A stretch of DNA of 32,000 nt, taken from Akkermansia muciniphila ATCC BAA-835 (lineage in GTDB: Bacteria; Verrucomicrobiota; Verrucomicrobiia; Verrucomicrobiales; Akkermansiaceae). Positions 27,770 to 32,000 of the stretch are shown here, in pieces (positions within the stretch are counted from its first letter, which is position 1; every line of letters begins with the position of its first letter). The translations under genes were made by a program, and so were the position numbers. Under the pieces are notes generated by a model. The model was given only the letters and a program-made list of their open reading frames with translations, had not been told where the DNA came from and did no database searches. The stretch spans positions 1,140,001 to 1,172,000 of the forward strand of contig NC_010655.1 in NCBI RefSeq assembly GCF_000020225.1, read 5' to 3'.

Positions 27770-28213
27770 CTAAGGCCGGAGTTCTACTGGCTGGACGAAA
27801 TTTTCCGTAGCAGCCGCCTGTCCATAGGGAGAGTAATTGTAAGCCGCCGCGATCGTTCCCTGTGCGTCGAAGACCTCCGACACATTCTTGTTGAAGTCCA
27901 CGCCGTAGCAGTACAGGGAAGCGCCCTGCACGAGGGCCAGGGGGCGGGTGGCCACCGGTTCCAGAGGATCCCACAGCAGTGTCCGAAGCACGTTCCGGTT
28001 GTCCAGCATATCCAATGCCGCTATCTGCAAATACCCCCGGTACAGGTACCGTTCGTGGCTGGCGACCGTGCCGTTTTGGGTCACTTTCTTCATGTAGCGG
28101 CGTCCCAGGTAGTCGTAGCCGCATTCAATAATCGTGTTTCCATTCCGGCTGGTGAAGCTCACCGCGCAGTTGGCCGTATTATACAGATCGTCCAGCCACC
28201 CTGAAAGGCTTAA
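27770..28213 (-). pseudogene. orphan Rhs/YD core C-terminal fragment, no start codon context and no toxin domain
   Basis: The open frame begins just after a stop at 28214-28216. It encodes SLSGWLDDLYNTANCAVSFTSRNGNTIIECGYDYLGRRYMKKV...YLYRGYLQIAALD...RPLALVQGASLYCYGVDFNKNVSEVFDAQGTIAAAYNYSPYG. It is a near-copy of 30509-30701, and it stops shortly after the point where the other copy continues. Confidence 0.8.
27822..28013 (-). repeat. direct repeat copy A (Rhs core segment)
   Basis: Aligns base-for-base with 30509-30701. By eye roughly nine positions in ten are identical; this was not computed. Confidence 0.85.
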
Positions 28214-28580
28214 TTAACGTCTGAGTTGAGAGTAGAATGGGTAATACTGGTGTATACTGATTAAGTTTACTGATCATCTAAATATCTTTCCTTTACATTT
28301 ATAGCCCTTTGTTTTCTATATACTCTGTTATTTTTTTCTTATTCTCCATATTCGAGTAGCCGTATTCAAAATGCAGAATAAACATCAAAGTGAAAAATAT
28401 AATATTATTATTTCAGAATCCAATTAGAAGAGAAAAATTTGGAACAAATTAATATATGGCTATGGCAGTTCATGCAAATCCTGTTTTTAAGAGTACCTAT
28501 ATTTTCCCATAGAATAGCTAGCCAGCAGCATAGATTTAAAAATGTACAAATTGCATATGACGTATGTTTTTTAATATAAA

Positions 28581-29027
28581 TTACATATCTAATATTAAAT
28601 AAATAAGCGAATACATAAAACCTGAAAAAGCCATTCCTAAAAGAAAAAATTGTACTTGTTTTAATCGTCTGAAAGACATATTTCCTCGGATAGCAATTAC
28701 AAGATAAAGTTCATCTGGATTCCAATGCTCATTTATCTTACAAAGAACGTATACAACTATAGCCACACAGGACATCAATAATAATGTGTACACAGAATTT
28801 AGGAATATAGCGATCACAACGCATCCGCCAGACTGGTACAGAGCTAACAGAATGAGTGCACATAAAACAATGAGAAATAAAGATCCTATAATTTCAGCAC
28901 TGATTTTGTATTTTCTAACTATATTCTGAATTTGTCTCCTTTTATAGAACTTTTCTTCTTGCTTTGTCTTTGATGTTAACAAACACATCAAAAAGAACGA
29001 AATGAGAACCCACAGTATAGAAGACAT
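28581..29027 (-). CDS. AT-rich 4-TM membrane protein, candidate orphan immunity protein
   Basis: 148-aa ORF with four hydrophobic segments (ILWVLISFFLMCLL, IIGSLFLIVLCALILLALY, VVIAIFLNSVYTLLLMSCVAIVVYVL, VQFFLLGMAFSGFMYSLIYLIL). It sits in the immunity-gene position of a decayed cassette. Confidence 0.55.
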   Translation of the reverse strand: MSSILWVLISFFLMCLLTSKTKQEEKFYKRRQIQNIVRKYKISAEIIGSLFLIVLCALILLALYQSGGCVVIAIFLNSVYTLLLMSCVAIVVYVLCKINEHWNPDELYLVIAIRGNMSFRRLKQVQFFLLGMAFSGFMYSLIYLILDM

Positions 29028-29042
29028 AAATCTACATTTTTA

Positions 29043-29333
29043 GTTCAAGACAGGCCATGGTCTAAGATGCCCTTGAGGCAGTGATGAGTGTCTGGTTGCC
29101 CGAGGCGTTGTATTGAGGCGCAAAGGAGGGGCCCGTTTTCTTCTTCGATGGCGGTGTGCTGGTTGAATTCGTTGGTCACATAGGAGAGTTCTTCGGCCGG
29201 TTCCCGTGCCGTCTTGTGGTTGCCGATGTTTGTCGTAACTGTAACCGTAGGGGGCGTCGCCCAGGGTGGTAGCGGTGAGTTCGTTTCTGCCGTTGTAGCT
29301 AAAGTTGTTGCTGTGAACAGACTCCGTTCCCTA
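29043..29333 (-). pseudogene. frameshifted Rhs/YD-repeat core remnant
   Basis: GC-rich block. The minus strand reads NNFSYNGRNELTATTLGDAPYGYSYD in one frame, NIGNHKTAREPAEELSYVTNEFNQHTAIEEENG in a second (an extra A in gacAAAcatc) and PSFAPQYNASGNQTLI in a third. Stops bound it at both ends. Confidence 0.7.
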
Positions 29334-29389
29334 GTGCGGCCCGGCGTCTAAAAAATCATAGTTTATGAGTAGATCATGCTCTCATGAAG

Positions 29390-29839
29390 TCAATCTAGAG
29401 TTGACATTTGTAGGTACAATTTATTGACATATTTTGCTTGCTCATCAAGTATATTTATTAAATAATGAATTTCTGATCTTTCTGATTTTATCTGATCTTT
29501 CATATTTAACGCTTTAGCTGCGTCTCTTTGATCTTCTATCCAAGTATCTATTTTTTCTTTTCTTTGTGGATCGTCTTTCTTGAGGTATAAATTTATAATT
29601 TCTAGTTTTTGAAATTTTATAATATCATTTGGAGTGACATCAAATTTAGAAAAAATATATTTTCCTGGTGCAAGGTTTCTTAAAGAACATGCTTGATTTA
29701 CAAACCATTCTGTATAAATGAGAGCTAAATTTGTATTAATATTTGATTCATTGTTTTCTTTTCTGTTAATGTTTTTCTGCTCAATGTTGGAGCAACTTGG
29801 GTATAATAACATGAACACTAAATATAATATTTTATTCAT
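29390..29839 (-). CDS. exported (possibly lipoprotein) candidate immunity protein for CT2
   Basis: 149-aa AT-rich ORF starting 3 nt after the CT2 stop codon. N-terminus MNKILYLVFMLLYPSC looks like a signal peptide with a lipobox-like Cys. Confidence 0.65.
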   Translation of the reverse strand: MNKILYLVFMLLYPSCSNIEQKNINRKENNESNINTNLALIYTEWFVNQACSLRNLAPGKYIFSKFDVTPNDIIKFQKLEIINLYLKKDDPQRKEKIDTWIEDQRDAAKALNMKDQIKSERSEIHYLINILDEQAKYVNKLYLQMSTLD

Positions 29840-29842
29840 TTT

Positions 29843-30697
29843 TTAATTTTTGGGAGGTGTTGTGAGAACCCATGATTTCGGGTTTTGAGGATTATCGACT
29901 TTATATAATATTATATTGCTTTTCTTTATTACGCTGTGGCATTTCCATTTTCCCCTATTACAGGAACACCATTTATAAGCCTGAACACTTACCCCTAATG
30001 CGCTCTGAGATCTGCCTTCTCCTCTCGAAGGTCGGATTTTTCTGTTGAAAGTATCGCCTGTTTGACTATAACATGTTTTGTTATAACAATCAAACCAAGT
30101 ATAAACTACATAACAACAATTTTCTTTACATATATTATTATGATCACATTCAGATGTGAAATTAGGACTTTTAACCGATGCTTTAACATTAATTCCTTTT
30201 GTTCCTGCATCCTGAATGATCGGATGTTCCTGTGATCTTTTGCATTCTTTGCAACATTTTGAACATGGATCCCCTGTTTTTATAAACCCCTTTTTTAACC
30301 CCAAAGCATCAAACTTATCTTGAGGGCTGTTCCCGAGGAACGCATATAAATTCCACCCCCCTTCTTCAGCAATGGGATCGCGGTTGATCCATCTGCCGTC
30401 TTTTGGGTTGTAAAAGCGGTAATTGTAATAGACCAGGGAGGATTCTTCGTCGTGCATCTCGCCGGACCACTGGACGGGCTGGACGAGGCTGCCCGTACTG
30501 GTCACGGCCCCATAGGGGGAGTAATCGTAAGCCGCCGCGATCGTTCCCTGTGCGTCGAAGACCTCTGTGACATTCTTGTTGAAGTCTACGCCGTAGCAGT
30601 ACAGGGAAGCGCCCTGCACGAGGGCCAGGGGGCGCGTGGCCATCTCTTCCAGAGAATCCCACAGCAGGGTGCCAAGCACGTTACGGTTGTTGATCAT
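29843..30697 (-). CDS. orphan Rhs C-terminal module: core fragment plus cysteine-rich toxin domain CT2
   Basis: Encodes ...RPLALVQGASLYCYGVDFNKNV...YYNYRFYNPKDGRWINRDPIAEEGGWNLYAFLGNSPQDKFDALGL, then 150 AT-rich-encoded residues with 13 Cys. Homology to the Rhs core extends to ~30715, where an in-frame stop lies. The only start is an internal ATG (MINN...). Confidence 0.8.
   Translation of the reverse strand: MINNRNVLGTLLWDSLEEMATRPLALVQGASLYCYGVDFNKNVTEVFDAQGTIAAAYDYSPYGAVTSTGSLVQPVQWSGEMHDEESSLVYYNYRFYNPKDGRWINRDPIAEEGGWNLYAFLGNSPQDKFDALGLKKGFIKTGDPCSKCCKECKRSQEHPIIQDAGTKGINVKASVKSPNFTSECDHNNICKENCCYVVYTWFDCYNKTCYSQTGDTFNRKIRPSRGEGRSQSALGVSVQAYKWCSCNRGKWKCHSVIKKSNIILYKVDNPQNPKSWVLTTPPKN
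30351..30454 (-). repeat. direct repeat copy C (Rhs core terminus)
   Basis: 104 nt aligning without gaps to 31897-32000. Most positions are identical by eye. Confidence 0.85.
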
Positions 30698-30701
30698 ATC
30701 C
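30509..30701 (-). repeat. direct repeat copy B (Rhs core segment)
   Basis: Partner of 27822-28013. Confidence 0.85.
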
Positions 30702-30910
30702 TGCGACGCTAGTTACAAGTAGCTACGGTCATTCTATTTAAGGATTTTTAGGGAATCCACATTTTTTATGATTTTTTGTCATCTTTGATACAATTGTTCT
30801 GATACTATTATATCATTGGAAAATCTTCCGATTCAATTCTCTTCCTGTATTCTTTATAATACACTAGCTTCTTATAAAATAAGTCTGAAAAGATTTTTTT
30901 CATGATTATT

Positions 30911-31213
30911 TCAATTAGAATCAGATTTATTTTTTATTTTTTTCAAGACATATGTTATTCTGAAACATTCAATGACTATAATGAGATAACCAAGAATTAA
31001 TACTGTATATGATATTAAAAGTTCATTCGAAAAGTTTTCCCATAATAGATTTATACCATGATACATTGTTGACAAAATTCCAATTATTCCAGAGATCAGA
31101 AATAAATAAATTGTGAGTTTGATAATTGGAAAAGGGAAGTTATTAAATGAAAAATTAAGAGTATTTTTTTTAACCAAACAAGAATTCTTAAAAATAGGAT
31201 TACAAAAACACAT
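30911..31213 (-). CDS. small membrane protein, candidate immunity protein for CT1 (possibly frameshifted; see findings)
   Basis: 100-aa AT-rich ORF with two TM segments (IIKLTIYLFLISGIIGILSTMY, LLISYTVLILGYLIIVIECF). An overlapping 57-codon ORF starts at 31269 in another frame and meets it at an A8 run. Confidence 0.55.
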   Translation of the reverse strand: MCFCNPIFKNSCLVKKNTLNFSFNNFPFPIIKLTIYLFLISGIIGILSTMYHGINLLWENFSNELLISYTVLILGYLIIVIECFRITYVLKKIKNKSDSN

Positions 31214-31298
31214 CCATAAACTAATTCAAAATATTCATATACAGTTAAAGGAGACTCAGGGTAAATCATAATACAGGTAACTAATTATATTTCGTTCA

Positions 31299-32000
31299 TT
31301 ATTTAGACCATATTTTTATATTTTCATTAAAAGATTTGTTAACAAGTTCTTCGTTTTGATCTATGATAAATGGGATTTTTAAAGTAGCGTCAATCTTAAT
31401 ATATTCCGTTGCATCTAAAGTTAAATATATTGGTTTTGCGTTCAAAGTTAATCCAGAACTTATCTTAAAATCGATAGAATAAGATGCTTGTATATAAGAT
31501 GATAGTGTAATGCCTGCATCAATTCTGTGAGAAAATCCTAATAATTCTTCCCGATAGGATGTTAAAGTTTTGCCATTACAATTGTCAATTTTAAGTATTT
31601 TTTCATTACTTAATCCAGCAATCATAGTTTTTAAAGAATATTCAATATCAGGAAGAATAGGCCACCATTTTTGTTTAATTTTAAGCCCTATACCTACACC
31701 TATACCAACATCTGTTCGTAATTTTGCTTCAATGCATACACAATTTTTCTTTTTTTCTATTGATATACTTCCCTCAATAATAAGAAGAATGGGTATGTAA
31801 CCCGCAGGAATAGTCATTGTGTAGCCAAATTCGTTAGTTTCTTTTCCGAGATAATCAATAGAAAATACCACTCCATTATCAACAAACCCGTACAAATTCC
31901 ACCCTCCCTGTTCAGCGATGGGATCCCTATTGATCCACCTGCCGTCTTTGGGGTTGTAAAAGCGGTAATTATAATAGGCCAGGGTGGGTTCTTCGTCGTG
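31299..32000 (-). CDS. C-terminus of an Rhs/YD-repeat protein with toxin domain CT1 (5' end beyond the window)
   Basis: The minus-strand frame is open from 32000: HDEEPTLAYYNYRFYNPKDGRWINRDPIAEQGGWNLYGFVDNGVVFSIDYLGK, then ~180 AT-rich-encoded residues. The M at the start of track ORF 31299-31895 is really an in-frame TTG Leu. Confidence 0.85.
   Translation of the reverse strand, partial: HDEEPTLAYYNYRFYNPKDGRWINRDPIAEQGGWNLYGFVDNGVVFSIDYLGKETNEFGYTMTIPAGYIPILLIIEGSISIEKKKNCVCIEAKLRTDVGIGVGIGLKIKQKWWPILPDIEYSLKTMIAGLSNEKILKIDNCNGKTLTSYREELLGFSHRIDAGITLSSYIQASYSIDFKISSGLTLNAKPIYLTLDATEYIKIDATLKIPFIIDQNEELVNKSFNENIKIWSK
31897..32000 (-). repeat. direct repeat copy D (Rhs core terminus)
   Basis: Partner of 30351-30454. 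Confidence 0.85.

Noticed and set aside
29990-30150. The CDHNN string with flanking Cys pairs in CT2 might indicate a zinc-finger HNH nuclease
   Set aside because: The spacing does not fit the HNH pattern as I recall it (DH ... N ... CxxCH). An exported immunity candidate also argues against a cytoplasmic nuclease. Left as unknown.
30808-30903. 31-codon ORF (MKKIFSDLFYKKLVYYKEYRKRIESEDFPMI) just after the CT1 immunity candidate
   Set aside because: Too short and too low in complexity to support as a gene. Such ORFs arise easily by chance in AT-rich DNA.
28210-31900. AT-rich blocks considered as a prophage, IS or integrative-element remnant
   Set aside because: No integrase, transposase, terminal inverted repeats or tRNA attachment site is visible. 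The alternation with Rhs core fragments explains the composition pattern better.
1-32000. Scan for tRNA, rRNA and CRISPR repeat-spacer periodicity
   Set aside because: I saw no T-loop/acceptor signatures (GGTTCGA-type), no rRNA-like conserved blocks and no regularly spaced short direct repeats. This was a visual scan only, so small RNAs could have been missed.

Overview
About 27.6 kb of GC-rich housekeeping chromosome (eyeball estimate 55-60% GC, not computed) is followed by a ~4.4 kb compositional mosaic at the right end. Core genes in order: infB (partial) and nusA (minus strand), xth, rdgB, a YtqB-type SAM methyltransferase (minus), a Tat-signal DUF362 protein with a NapH/NapG-like membrane polyferredoxin, and an ABCG-type ATPase-permease fusion followed by two unknown exported proteins. 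Then come a YkuD-type L,D-transpeptidase, an extended RRM RNA-binding protein (minus), a WbaP-like polyprenyl-phosphate sugar transferase, galK with an SGLT-type Na+/sugar symporter, and fmt-pcrA (minus). The last core genes are an MGDG-synthase-like glycosyltransferase, coaX, acpP, an unknown protein, a LysM protein with a catalytically substituted YkuD-like domain, and dtd. Composition, protein sequences and weak Shine-Dalgarno signals suggest a Verrucomicrobiota (Akkermansia-like) genome, but that is only a guess. The most interesting part is ~27.7 kb to the window end, where the minus strand carries an Rhs/YD-repeat polymorphic-toxin locus. It starts with the C-terminus of an rhs gene that begins beyond the window (toxin domain CT1) and a small membrane immunity candidate. 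Next is a start-less orphan Rhs module with a cysteine-rich toxin domain (CT2) and an exported immunity candidate. After that come a frameshifted Rhs core remnant beside a 4-TM orphan ORF, and a terminal Rhs core fragment with no toxin. GC-rich conserved core pieces alternate sharply with AT-rich variable cassettes and form direct repeats. I could not assign either toxin domain or any immunity candidate to a named family. I recognised no rRNA, tRNA, CRISPR array, transposase or integrase. Many long ORFs in the track are antisense shadow ORFs of the real genes.
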